From Cyanophyceae cyanobacterium (GTDB lineage: Bacteria; Cyanobacteriota; Cyanobacteriia; Cyanobacteriales; JBHJGN01): 64,000 nt of DNA. Below are positions 27,005 through 37,645 of this stretch, one piece after another. The position numbers were made by a program, and so were the translations under genes. Location of the stretch: NCBI GenBank assembly GCA_050331735.1, contig JBHJGN010000077.1, positions 5,062-69,061 on the forward strand, given 5' to 3'. The notes beneath the pieces are model-generated. The model worked only from the letters and a program-made list of their open reading frames with translations, was not told the origin of the DNA and searched no databases. How positions within the stretch are numbered: the first letter of the stretch is position 1; every line of letters starts with the position of its first letter.

Positions 27005-27162
27005 GGGATGGGGAAATGTCCGGTGCGGAACGGGGAAAGGGAAAAATATTGCTGTGCGACGGCAAAGAAATACAGGGTCAAGGAGCAAACTGATTGATGT
27101 CTCCCTTTCCCCCTTACCCTTACCCTTTTCCCTTTTCCCGCAGCTTCGCTGCTTCCCGGTCC
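27005..27162 (-). repeat. Mosaic GGGGAAA/mini-hairpin repeat R2
   Basis: Contains GTCCGGTGCGGAAC, the exact reverse complement of the R3 hairpin at 31775. Also has C-rich tracts and GCAGCTTCGCTGC (27140-27152). Overlaps the 3' end of the AllC-like ORF. Confidence 0.85.
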
Positions 27163-28391
27163 AACTTCAATAAAGTCAGCAGTAGAACGTTAGCCCCCTG
27201 GGTACACTGTTCGGGGGAGGTATATTCGCTTTTGTCGTGGGAAACTCCTTGCTCGCTGGGAACAAAGATCATGCCCATGTCGGTAATCAGAGCCATTTCT
27301 TGAGCATCGTGACTGGCGCGACTGGGTAGATGGGTATAGCTCAAATTTAGCTCTTGGCAGCTCTGGGCGATCGCCTCTTGCAAGCTGGGTTCGGCTAGGG
27401 CGGGTTCGTTGTGCAGACAGGGATGGAGGCGAATTTGGGTATGGGTGGCGACGGCAATTTCTTCGAGGTGAACGCGCAACTGATCCAGCAGGCGATCGAT
27501 ATGCAGACTAGATAGGTCGCGGATGTCTAAGCTCATTTCTACCCAACCGGGAACGACATTTGCCGCATTAGGCCGAACATTCATTTGACCGACTGTGGCG
27601 ACCTGCTGCCCCGGAGTATGGGCAATTTGGTTGACGGCTAAAACAACCTGCGCCGCAGCCACTAAAGCATCGCAGCGCATCTGCATTGGGGTTGTCCCAG
27701 CGTGGTTTGCCCGACCTCGAACGGTAATCGTAAAGCGTCGTTGTCCGACAATCCCTTCCACAACGCCAATTTGTTTGCCCATCGTTTCCAGGACTGGTCC
27801 CTGCTCAACATGCAGTTCGACGAAAGCGGCGATCTCTTGAGCACTCCGGCGAGCGTGAGGAATCTGGTTCCAGCGACCGCCAACTCTTTCTAAACAGGTA
27901 TAAATATCAGTGCCGTCGGGACGGCGGTAGTAGCCCGGATCGTTAACCACTCTGCCAGAAATGGCTTTAGAACCAATCATGCTGCCTTCTTCGTCGGTAA
28001 AGACGATCACTTCTACAGACCGATTGAGCACAATTTGCTGTTCTTGAAGTACGCGCACCACTTCTAGTCCGGCCAAGACTCCGTAGGCTCCATCGTAGTG
28101 ACCGCCGCAGGGAACGGTGTCGATGTGAGACCCGGTTGCCCAAGCGGGGGCATCGGGAGATTTTCCAGGATATCTACCAATAATATTGCCTGCTGCATCA
28201 ATGCGGACCTGCATGTGGGCTTCGTGCATCCAGTGCTGAATCAAACGGCGGGCTTCAACATCTTCGCTGCTGTAGGCAATCCGCTTCACGCCGCCATCGG
28301 GCAGTTGACCAATTTGAGCCAGACGAGCAATGCTGTGATTGAGGCGATCGCCATTCACTAATACCTGTTCTTTGTTTGGGCTAATAGTCAT
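27120..28391 (-). CDS. allC: Allantoate amidohydrolase / M20-family carbamoyl-amidohydrolase
   Basis: GSHIDTVPCGGHYDG, FVELHVEQGPVLE, GIVGQRRFTITVRGRANHAGTTPM and SRASHDAQ are collinear with AllC as I recall it. The last 11 codons (EAAKLREKGKG) are encoded by repeat R2. Confidence 0.75.
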   Translation of the reverse strand: MTISPNKEQVLVNGDRLNHSIARLAQIGQLPDGGVKRIAYSSEDVEARRLIQHWMHEAHMQVRIDAAGNIIGRYPGKSPDAPAWATGSHIDTVPCGGHYDGAYGVLAGLEVVRVLQEQQIVLNRSVEVIVFTDEEGSMIGSKAISGRVVNDPGYYRRPDGTDIYTCLERVGGRWNQIPHARRSAQEIAAFVELHVEQGPVLETMGKQIGVVEGIVGQRRFTITVRGRANHAGTTPMQMRCDALVAAAQVVLAVNQIAHTPGQQVATVGQMNVRPNAANVVPGWVEMSLDIRDLSSLHIDRLLDQLRVHLEEIAVATHTQIRLHPCLHNEPALAEPSLQEAIAQSCQELNLSYTHLPSRASHDAQEMALITDMGMIFVPSEQGVSHDKSEYTSPEQCTQGANVLLLTLLKLDREAAKLREKGKG

Positions 28392-28487
28392 CGTTCCCTG
28401 CCAATGCGACTAAAGAATGCTTTCTGCTGCATTGAAGCTCTCATTTAGAAAAATAAATATTATATGGACTAACAAGCAAGCAGAATC

Positions 28488-28505
28488 CTGTATACAGTGT
28501 ACAAG
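28488..28505. promoter_or_regulatory. Candidate GntR-type operator S3 (palindrome CTGTATACAG; TGTATACAGTGTACAAG)
   Basis: Lies about 100 nt upstream of the allC start in the allC/permease divergent region. Shares 11 invariant positions with S1 and S2 (TG.AT.C.G..T.CAAG). Confidence 0.35.
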
Positions 28506-28649
28506 CAAATTAAGTTCCTGTCCGCCAACTGAGATACCAAATGCTCTGTCGTACAGCGACGAAGCCCGGGAGCATCGCTCGTCGATTTGCTGTTTTTTCG
28601 ATAAACTGTGCGATTTGATACACTGAGTGATTTAAAAATCTGTAATTCT

Positions 28650-28667
28650 CTGTATACAGAATGCAGT
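28650..28667. promoter_or_regulatory. Candidate GntR-type operator S4 (second CTGTATACAG palindrome; TGTATACAGAATGCAGT)
   Basis: The same perfect 10-bp palindrome as S3, located 150-200 nt upstream of the permease start. Confidence 0.3.
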
Positions 28668-28817
28668 AGCAGGCAAGTGATGGTAGGTTGGTCAGTCTTA
28701 CATGAACTGAGTATTCGGACATACCGCGATGGCATGAGTAAATAGCCCTGAAGGGTTCCAGTCCCGTTAGCCGTAAGCTGTTTCAGTGTTACCCACACCC
28801 TCCTCGTCTCTTTCCTA

Positions 28818-30245
28818 TTGGCTCCATCAATTACAACACCGCTCAAAATTATGGTACAGCCCAATCGAGAATTAGCCTTAGAAGAAGTTCAGTCTGAAGC
28901 CTCCTCTACCATCGAATCGGATCTAATTTACGGGTTAGAATCCCGCCCGCCATTTGTCGAATCGGTGTTCGTTGCCCTACAGCACGTTTTTGCCTGTTTT
29001 GTCGGCATTATTACACCGGGTTTAATTATTTGCTCGGCGCTACAGGTACCGCCAGCCGATACAACCTTTATTCTCAGTATGTCCTTGGTTGTTTCCGGAA
29101 TTGCGACCTTTATCCAGGCCAAAAGAATTGGACCAGTTGGTTCGGGACTGTTAAGTGTGCAAGGAACGAGCTTTGCTTTCCTCGGACCGATTATTGCCAC
29201 CGGATCAGCCGTGACGGGGGCGGGGGGAACTCCTCAAGAAGCACTGGGGCTAATTTTTGGCCTCTGCTTTTTTGGGGCTTTTGTTGAAATTTTTATCAGT
29301 CGCTTTCTGCATCTGGCTAACAAAGTCATTACCCCATTAGTAACGGGAGTCGTTGTCACCCTGATTGGCTTGACCTTAATTCGGGTCGGAATTACCAGCA
29401 TTGGCGGTGGCGTACCGGCCCAAAATAACGAAACTTTTGGTAGCCCAACCTATTTAGGGGTAGCGTTTTTAGTGTTAGCGGTCATTGTTGTGCTCAATAG
29501 CCTCAACAACAGCTTTTTGCGGATGTCGTCGATTGTGATTGGTTTAGCAGTAGGCTATTTGGTTTCTATTCCCCTGGGACTGGTAGACTTTAGCAACCTG
29601 GCAAATTTACCAATAGTGGCCTTTCCGATTCCCTTCCGCTATGGCTTTGGATTTGACTGGGGAGCGTTTATTCCCTTTGCTTTTCTGTATTTGATTACGG
29701 CCATTGAATCTATCGGCGACCTAACGGCAACGTCGGCCATTTCTGGCGAACCGATTGAAGGGGGCACCTATTTCCGCAGACTCAAAGGAGGGGTATTGGG
29801 CGATGGCGTGAACTCAATGATTGCGGCTTGTTTGAATACGTTTCCTAACACAACCTTTAGCCAAAATAACGGCGTGATTCAGCTAACTGGAGTAGGCAGT
29901 CGCTACGTCGGCTACTTTATTTCTGCGATTTTTATCATTCTCGGTTTGTTTCCGCTGGTGGCAGGAGTTTTTCAGGCATTACCTCAGCCGGTGTTAGGCG
30001 GTGCTACTATCGTTATGTTTGGAACAGTCGCCGTGGCGGGAATTAAGATTCTCTCCTGCGTTAATCTAACCAAGCGTAATTCCATCATTCTCGCCCTGGC
30101 GTTGGGCTTGGGCTTAGGCGTAACCTTCGTGCCGGAAATTCTTGATACTTCGCCCCCGCTGGTGAAGAATATTTTTTCTTCTGGGATTTCCACAGGAGGA
30201 ATTACTGCTTTGTTGCTGAACCTGGTTTTACCCGGTCGAGAGTAA
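28818..30245 (+). CDS. Nucleobase:cation symporter-2 (NCS2) family permease, xanthine/uric acid type
   Basis: About 13-14 TM helices with the NCS2 pattern (QHVFACFVGIITPGLI, SVQGTSFAF, TAIESIGD, FSQNNGVIQLTGV). The track start is TTG 28818; ATG 28851 (MVQPN) is an equally plausible start. Confidence 0.85.
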   Translation: MAPSITTPLKIMVQPNRELALEEVQSEASSTIESDLIYGLESRPPFVESVFVALQHVFACFVGIITPGLIICSALQVPPADTTFILSMSLVVSGIATFIQAKRIGPVGSGLLSVQGTSFAFLGPIIATGSAVTGAGGTPQEALGLIFGLCFFGAFVEIFISRFLHLANKVITPLVTGVVVTLIGLTLIRVGITSIGGGVPAQNNETFGSPTYLGVAFLVLAVIVVLNSLNNSFLRMSSIVIGLAVGYLVSIPLGLVDFSNLANLPIVAFPIPFRYGFGFDWGAFIPFAFLYLITAIESIGDLTATSAISGEPIEGGTYFRRLKGGVLGDGVNSMIAACLNTFPNTTFSQNNGVIQLTGVGSRYVGYFISAIFIILGLFPLVAGVFQALPQPVLGGATIVMFGTVAVAGIKILSCVNLTKRNSIILALALGLGLGVTFVPEILDTSPPLVKNIFSSGISTGGITALLLNLVLPGRE

Positions 30246-30465
30246 TGGGGAGTAGTTGATGGTTGATTGTTCCTCAATCATCACGCTTGTATTCCTGACT
30301 TTACTGGTTTGAAGAGCGTGTCTGGTGGAAAAATTGCTTGGACGCAAATTAGATTACAGACACAGAAGATTTAACAGTAGATGATTAAAGCAATCAGTCA
30401 CCTGATGAAGCAAAGAATATGTACTATCCACCTACTGCTGTTACTTATACCTAATTTATAAAGCA

Positions 30466-31629
30466 ATGTACGAACTTAAAGCAGTAATCATCGGCGCGGG
30501 CATGGCAGGATTAGCCGCAGGAATTGCGCTGCGTCAATCGGGCTACAGCGTCGAAGTTTACGAAAAAACCAGGAAGCTGCGCCCTGCGGGGGCGGGGATT
30601 TCTTTGTGGTCGAACGGCATCAAAGTACTCAACAAACTCGGACTGGGCAAGGAAGTTGCGGCCATCGGCGGACAGATGAACCGCATGGCCTACCGCACCC
30701 ATACCGGTGAATTGCTCAACGATGTCAACCTTCTTCCTCTCGTTGAACAAGTGGGTCAAAGACCCTATCCCGTCTCGCGAACTGACTTACAGCACATCAT
30801 GCTCTCGGCCTTTGGCGAAGGAGACGTGCGCTTAGGAATGCGCTGCGTTGAGGTCAAGCAGGACCAAGACAGCGCCACAGCAATTTTTGAAGACGGCAGT
30901 ACAGCAACCGGAGATGTTATCATCGGCGCAGACGGCATTCACTCGGTTGTCCGAACCTATCTGGCGGGTCAGAAAATTGAGCCGCGCTACGCGGATTACG
31001 TCAACTGGAACGGCTTGGTAGAAGCCAGTCCCGATTTAGTCGATAAAGACGCTTGGATAATCTACGTTGGCGAGGGCAAACGCGCTTCGATGATGCCAGT
31101 GGGGAATAACCGCTTTTATTTCTTCTTTGGCTGTCCTAAACCCAAGGGAACAGAAATTCCCCCCGGTGGCATTCGTGCGGAGTTGGAAGCCACCTTTAAA
31201 GGCTGGGCGCAACCCGTCCAAAACCTGATTCAGCAACTCGACCCCGAAGACACGAATCGCTTAGAAATTAGCGACCTCGATCCGCTTCCTCATATCGTCA
31301 AAGGCAGAATTGCCCTCGTCGGAGACTCCGCCCATGCTACGACCCCGACCCTGGGACAGGGAGGCTGTCAGGCGATGGAAGATGCCGAAGTCCTCTGTCG
31401 CTACTTAGTAACAACCAACATCAGCGTTGAAGATGCCCTAAAGCGCTATGAAGCCGAACGCAAGGAACGAGTCTACAACCTGACTCTAAAAGCTCGCAAG
31501 CGCACCGATACGATTTACAACAAAGACCCAGAAGCCACTCAGCAGTGGTACGAGCAACTCAAGCACGAACAGGCTCAAGATGTCACTGATGCGCTTGCTA
31601 AAGTGATTTTAGCAGGGCCGTTTCATTGA
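30466..31629 (+). CDS. hpxO: FAD-dependent urate hydroxylase
   Basis: Near full-length collinearity with Klebsiella HpxO as I recall it: IIGAGMAGLAAG, YVNWNGLVE, VGEGKRASMMPV..RFYFFF, GDSAHATTPTLGQGGCQAMEDA. Confidence 0.85.
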   Translation: MYELKAVIIGAGMAGLAAGIALRQSGYSVEVYEKTRKLRPAGAGISLWSNGIKVLNKLGLGKEVAAIGGQMNRMAYRTHTGELLNDVNLLPLVEQVGQRPYPVSRTDLQHIMLSAFGEGDVRLGMRCVEVKQDQDSATAIFEDGSTATGDVIIGADGIHSVVRTYLAGQKIEPRYADYVNWNGLVEASPDLVDKDAWIIYVGEGKRASMMPVGNNRFYFFFGCPKPKGTEIPPGGIRAELEATFKGWAQPVQNLIQQLDPEDTNRLEISDLDPLPHIVKGRIALVGDSAHATTPTLGQGGCQAMEDAEVLCRYLVTTNISVEDALKRYEAERKERVYNLTLKARKRTDTIYNKDPEATQQWYEQLKHEQAQDVTDALAKVILAGPFH

Positions 31630-31630
31630 A

Positions 31631-31788
31631 GTCGCTCCGCGACGGGGAAAGGGAAAAGCAGCGAAGCTGCTGGGGAAAAGGGCAAAGGGGAAGGGGAAAA
31701 GGGGAGATGAATTAGCTGGTTCCTAAACCCGATGTTCTTTCCCCGTCGCGAACGCGACAGTTTTCCCTTTCCCCGTTCCGCACCGGAC
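31631..31788 (+). repeat. Mosaic GGGGAAA/mini-hairpin repeat R3
   Basis: GTCGCTCCGCGAC, GCAGCGAAGCTGC (31658-31670), a G4-type tract at 31672-31704, GTCGCGAACGCGAC (31745-31758) and GTTCCGCACCGGAC (31775-31788). Closely matches R1. Confidence 0.85.
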
Positions 31789-31796
31789 ATTAATTG

Positions 31797-32306
31797 ATGC
31801 AGCACTATACCCTCTCACAGTTAAACAGCATGACCCAAGAAGCGTTTACGGCTGCTTTAGGGGAAATTTGGGAAGAGACTCCAGAAATCGCTTGTAGAGC
31901 CTGGAATGAAATACCGTTTTCGGATGTAGATGCTTTACATCAAAGTATGGTGCGAATAGTCGAGGAAATGAGCGACTCTGAACAGCTAGCCCTGATTAAA
32001 GCCCATCCAGATTTAGGCAGTAAAGCCAAGATGGCAGATGCTTCAGTTCGAGAACAAGCAGGAGCCGGTTTAGACCGCTTAGATGCTCAAGAGTATGAAC
32101 GGTTTCAAGAACTGAATCAGGCTTATAAAAATAAGTTTGGGATGCCCTTTATTATTGCCGTGAAGGAGCATACCAAGGCAAGTATTTTGGCCGCTTTTGA
32201 AGCTCGATTACGAAATGCGATCGCCCCAGAAAAACAGCAAGCTTTACAAGAAATTAGTAAGATCGCCCGCTTCCGTTTAGAAGCAGCCATTCACTCACCC
32301 CGCTGA
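31797..32306 (+). CDS. uraD: 2-oxo-4-hydroxy-4-carboxy-5-ureidoimidazoline (OHCU) decarboxylase
   Basis: LNSMTQEAFTAALGEIWEETPEIA, LIKAHPDLGSK, SVREQAGAGLD and YKNKFGMPFIIAVK are the family's hallmark motifs. Confidence 0.85.
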   Translation: MQHYTLSQLNSMTQEAFTAALGEIWEETPEIACRAWNEIPFSDVDALHQSMVRIVEEMSDSEQLALIKAHPDLGSKAKMADASVREQAGAGLDRLDAQEYERFQELNQAYKNKFGMPFIIAVKEHTKASILAAFEARLRNAIAPEKQQALQEISKIARFRLEAAIHSPR

Positions 32307-32348
32307 AGGATAACAGCATTAGTGAACGCCGAGTCAGGCTAGCGTTGT

Positions 32349-33062
32349 CTAGGTAAATAGCATCCCCGCTCTAAGACAGACGTAAACACAGACTCCTGCC
32401 AAAAACCAGCCAAAACTCGAAGACTTTGGCGAAGGCAACTCCTCATAAAAAACATTGAACATAATAGAGCCTGCCAAAATGGCAATCAGAAAATCAGAAA
32501 CGACTTCATTGGCCGGTTCAGTAAAAACATCAATGAAAAAAGCCATAAAAATGACGCTGACCAAACAATAGCGTCCCCAAGAACTAAATAAGGAGCGATG
32601 CTTTTTGGTCAGACCATAATCATTGTGGAGAATATGGAAACTAATAGAAATTAGATACAGTAAAGTAAAGGGGAAAAGCTGCTTAAATTGCTCAGGAATA
32701 GCGTAGATCAGCAAACCATTATATAAACTATAAAAGCCAAGCTCAATCGCAAAAATTAAGCGAGACTGAGATAGTCTCTGGCCATTGTTCTGCCAAACGA
32801 GACTCTGCATCCCGTAGAAAATGAGAAAGCCCAGTAAAACAACCAGGTAAATAGAGGTTCCGAGAAGGTGTTCCCCCTGGTCTAATTCTGGGAGCAAGTG
32901 GATAAAGACGTAGGTAATCGCCATGCCACCACTAAAAGAAGCGGCCATTTCTTCTTCGCGGAAGAGAAGACGGTGAAGAGGCTGGGCCCAAATATGAATC
33001 GCCGATAGCGCGACCGCCACCAGTAAGGTGAGTCCAATGACTTCTGGGTTGGCAGTGAACAT
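32349..33062 (-). CDS. Integral membrane protein of unknown function (7-8 TM)
   Basis: Hydrophobic throughout; contains HLLPELDQGEH. No family assignment that I can support. Confidence 0.5.
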   Translation of the reverse strand: MFTANPEVIGLTLLVAVALSAIHIWAQPLHRLLFREEEMAASFSGGMAITYVFIHLLPELDQGEHLLGTSIYLVVLLGFLIFYGMQSLVWQNNGQRLSQSRLIFAIELGFYSLYNGLLIYAIPEQFKQLFPFTLLYLISISFHILHNDYGLTKKHRSLFSSWGRYCLVSVIFMAFFIDVFTEPANEVVSDFLIAILAGSIMFNVFYEELPSPKSSSFGWFLAGVCVYVCLRAGMLFT

Positions 33063-33070
33063 GGCAGAAA

Positions 33071-33329
33071 GTCCCTGCGGGACGGGAAAACTGTCGCTTT
33101 GCGACGGGGAAAGGGGAAATTGTCCCTGACGGGACGGGGAAGGGGTAAGGGGAAAACTGTTCCTCCGGAACGGGGAAAGGGGTAAGGGGAAAGGGGCAAG
33201 GAAAATTTGTCCAGTGCGGGACGAGGGAAAAACGCAGGGTCTCAGGAACTAGCTATCAGTCCTTCCTTTTCCCCTTCCCCTTTACCCTTTACCCCAGCAG
33301 CTTCGCTGCTTTGCCCGCGCCGTCGGTGC
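33071..33329 (-). repeat. Mosaic GGGGAAA/mini-hairpin repeat R4 (longest copy)
   Basis: Five GTCC/GTCG-type mini-hairpins alternate with GGGGAAAGGGG tracts, followed by a C-rich arm and GCAGCTTCGCTGC (33297-33309). Fills the whole gap between two minus-strand genes. Confidence 0.85.
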
Positions 33330-35473
33330 TAGACTAGAGTGATTTCTTCATTTAATTCACTCTCTTGGATGCCTTGCATAACCTGACCCTTAGCGCCAGC
33401 AACGGTGATTTTGAACTCGCTGCCGGCTCTTTGTTTGTAGAAGAGCAAGTAGCGTAACGCCTCAGTTGAGATCGAGTTGAGCTCTTCCATGTTGAGAACA
33501 AGCCCCTGAATGCCGTGGATTTTCTCTAACTGTTCCTTGAGATATTTCAAGCTACTTGGCTCTAGAGCCCCCGATAAGTTAAGCTTGGCTACTCCCTCGT
33601 TGACTTCCATCAGATCGGCATCAAAATCAATTCCGGCAGGAACGAGGCGAACTCGGACTTTCATCTCGGTTTTGTCAGCAGGGAGTTTAACCGTTAGCGC
33701 CATCGGGTCGAAATCTGTATAAGGGCGCTCGTTGAGCCACACTTCCCCAATGTGTACACTTCCTTGGGGTAATAGATCGGGCGCGACCCGCAAGAGGTTG
33801 TCTGGGAACGCGCTTGCTGTCGGCTTGAAGAAGAAATCCATCGGTTCCTTCTTGATCAAAAGGTTGGTATATACCGCCGCTAGGTAGCACAGTTCAAAGG
33901 AATGATAGCCCGCCATCGAGTGACTGCCCTTGCCGCGCTCGGTGCCTAAAGAATAGGGCTGGCCGTTGGCTAATACGTTGAAGTAAACGCCGCCAGACTC
34001 GGTATCGAGGAACCAGCTATTGTAGAAGGACGTGCCTTCGCGGGCGAAGCGCAGAAAGTCGGGGTTGTCGCGGTAGACTCCGGCCATGATGTAATAGGCG
34101 AGGATGCCCTGCTCCTGCTGCCACCAAGCTTTGCGGTCGTGCCAGACACAGCGATGGAACTTCTCTCCTGGAGCCAGCACCCGTTCGAGCACGTCATACC
34201 AGCCGCCCCGCTGGCGATCGCATCCAGCATCGGGAATGATCTGGCCAATTTTCTCGGCAAACTCCTTGTACTCCGCCTTGGGCTTGAGGCTATACATCCG
34301 GGTGAGGTTCCAGGCAATTTTGAGGTTATGACCCACCACCGCTCGGTTCTGCTGCCATCCCCAGTGCTGATCTTTGGTCCAGTCATCAAAAAACTTTTCT
34401 TGCACAAAGGGGCTTTCGCCATAGTCTGGGAAGTGGGCGGTAATGGTGTCAAAGGTGTATTCAAGAAAGTCTGCGTATTCCTGAGCGCCTGTTGCTAGCC
34501 ACAGATTGATTAAGTAAGCCGGCGCATGATCGCCCACTGAGTTCCAATTCTTTCGCGCTCGATTCTGCTTGAGAGACTCGCTGTAGGGGCTGAGCGTAAT
34601 CGGATCGATGTGGGAATAATAGCCGCCTTTGTCGCTTTTATCTTTAAAGAAGCGGTGAAAGAAGGAGACCGTGGCTTTGATATCCTCCATAATTTGCGAA
34701 TCGCCCGTAATCCGATAGGTCTGAGTCGGACCCGCCAAAGCATAGATCTGTTCGTAGCACGGAATGGCATCGTAGTCGTCGCCAAACTCTGAAGCAAAGA
34801 TTTTCTCTTCGGTGCCGTCTTCTTTGAGGTCAACAGCATGATACCAGTAGCAGATGCCCTCGCCGCGATCTTGAAAGCGCAGGTGTTCGCGCAGGTAATC
34901 GGTTCCTTTTTGAGCCGCTTCTAGGTAGCGGTCATCGCCAGTGAGGAGATAGGCAGAGGCAAAGCCGTAGACCAGGCGAGAAATTGTGTCCGTTTCCTGA
35001 CGACCCGCTTTTTGCTTTTGCCCCGTAATCGTTAAACTAGTGCGGTACTCCGAATAGTCAATGTCGCCCCCTTCTAGGGTTCCAAACTCGGCTTCCAGGT
35101 AGAAGTCTGCGAGCTGCTTAATCTGCTTAATCCACCAGTCTTGCGCCTCAAAGCGGTACTCGTGCTCTTTACGACCGAGAAAGACAATGTGCTTGGCTTC
35201 AAACTTGTACTCTCCATTCAATCCATCGGGGTAGAAAATGCCGTAAACAAACAGATAGCGATCGCGGGTGAGCATTTCCTTCAGTTGTCCGCTCGCATCC
35301 TGATAGGGTTCGCCCAAATTACGCACCAGTTCGGCATACAGGGTAGGAGTTAGATAGACAAGAAACTCGCGCTCGTCGGAGGTTTTTAAGCCGAAGGCAT
35401 TTTTATCGGCATCGTATTGCGTGACGTAGCCAGCAATGAGATCTGAAAACGGAAATTCGATTCTCTTAGTCAT
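33329..35473 (-). CDS. (alpha/alpha)6-barrel AGE/glycoside-hydrolase-like protein with C-terminal STAS domain
   Basis: The central region shows patterns I associate with the N-acylglucosamine 2-epimerase superfamily (ICYWYHAVD, YEQIYALAG, VGHNLKIAWNL). The last ~100 aa (LNLSGALE...LVLNMEELNSISTEALRYLLF) look like a STAS/anti-sigma-antagonist fold. Confidence 0.5.
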   Translation of the reverse strand: MTKRIEFPFSDLIAGYVTQYDADKNAFGLKTSDEREFLVYLTPTLYAELVRNLGEPYQDASGQLKEMLTRDRYLFVYGIFYPDGLNGEYKFEAKHIVFLGRKEHEYRFEAQDWWIKQIKQLADFYLEAEFGTLEGGDIDYSEYRTSLTITGQKQKAGRQETDTISRLVYGFASAYLLTGDDRYLEAAQKGTDYLREHLRFQDRGEGICYWYHAVDLKEDGTEEKIFASEFGDDYDAIPCYEQIYALAGPTQTYRITGDSQIMEDIKATVSFFHRFFKDKSDKGGYYSHIDPITLSPYSESLKQNRARKNWNSVGDHAPAYLINLWLATGAQEYADFLEYTFDTITAHFPDYGESPFVQEKFFDDWTKDQHWGWQQNRAVVGHNLKIAWNLTRMYSLKPKAEYKEFAEKIGQIIPDAGCDRQRGGWYDVLERVLAPGEKFHRCVWHDRKAWWQQEQGILAYYIMAGVYRDNPDFLRFAREGTSFYNSWFLDTESGGVYFNVLANGQPYSLGTERGKGSHSMAGYHSFELCYLAAVYTNLLIKKEPMDFFFKPTASAFPDNLLRVAPDLLPQGSVHIGEVWLNERPYTDFDPMALTVKLPADKTEMKVRVRLVPAGIDFDADLMEVNEGVAKLNLSGALEPSSLKYLKEQLEKIHGIQGLVLNMEELNSISTEALRYLLFYKQRAGSEFKITVAGAKGQVMQGIQESELNEEITLV

Positions 35474-35500
35474 TGGAGTTAATCCTTCGCTTGATAACAG

Positions 35501-37606
<2,106 letters not shown>

Positions 37607-37645
37607 ACAATGAGCGGCGATCGGTTGTTGACCGCCAGGTGTTGG

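Noticed and set aside
28469-28864. 131-aa and 70-aa minus-strand ORFs in the allC/permease intergenic region
   Set aside because: AT-rich regulatory region with palindromic operator-like sites. The ORF products are Cys/Arg/Thr-rich with no motifs, and they overlap the permease 5' end.
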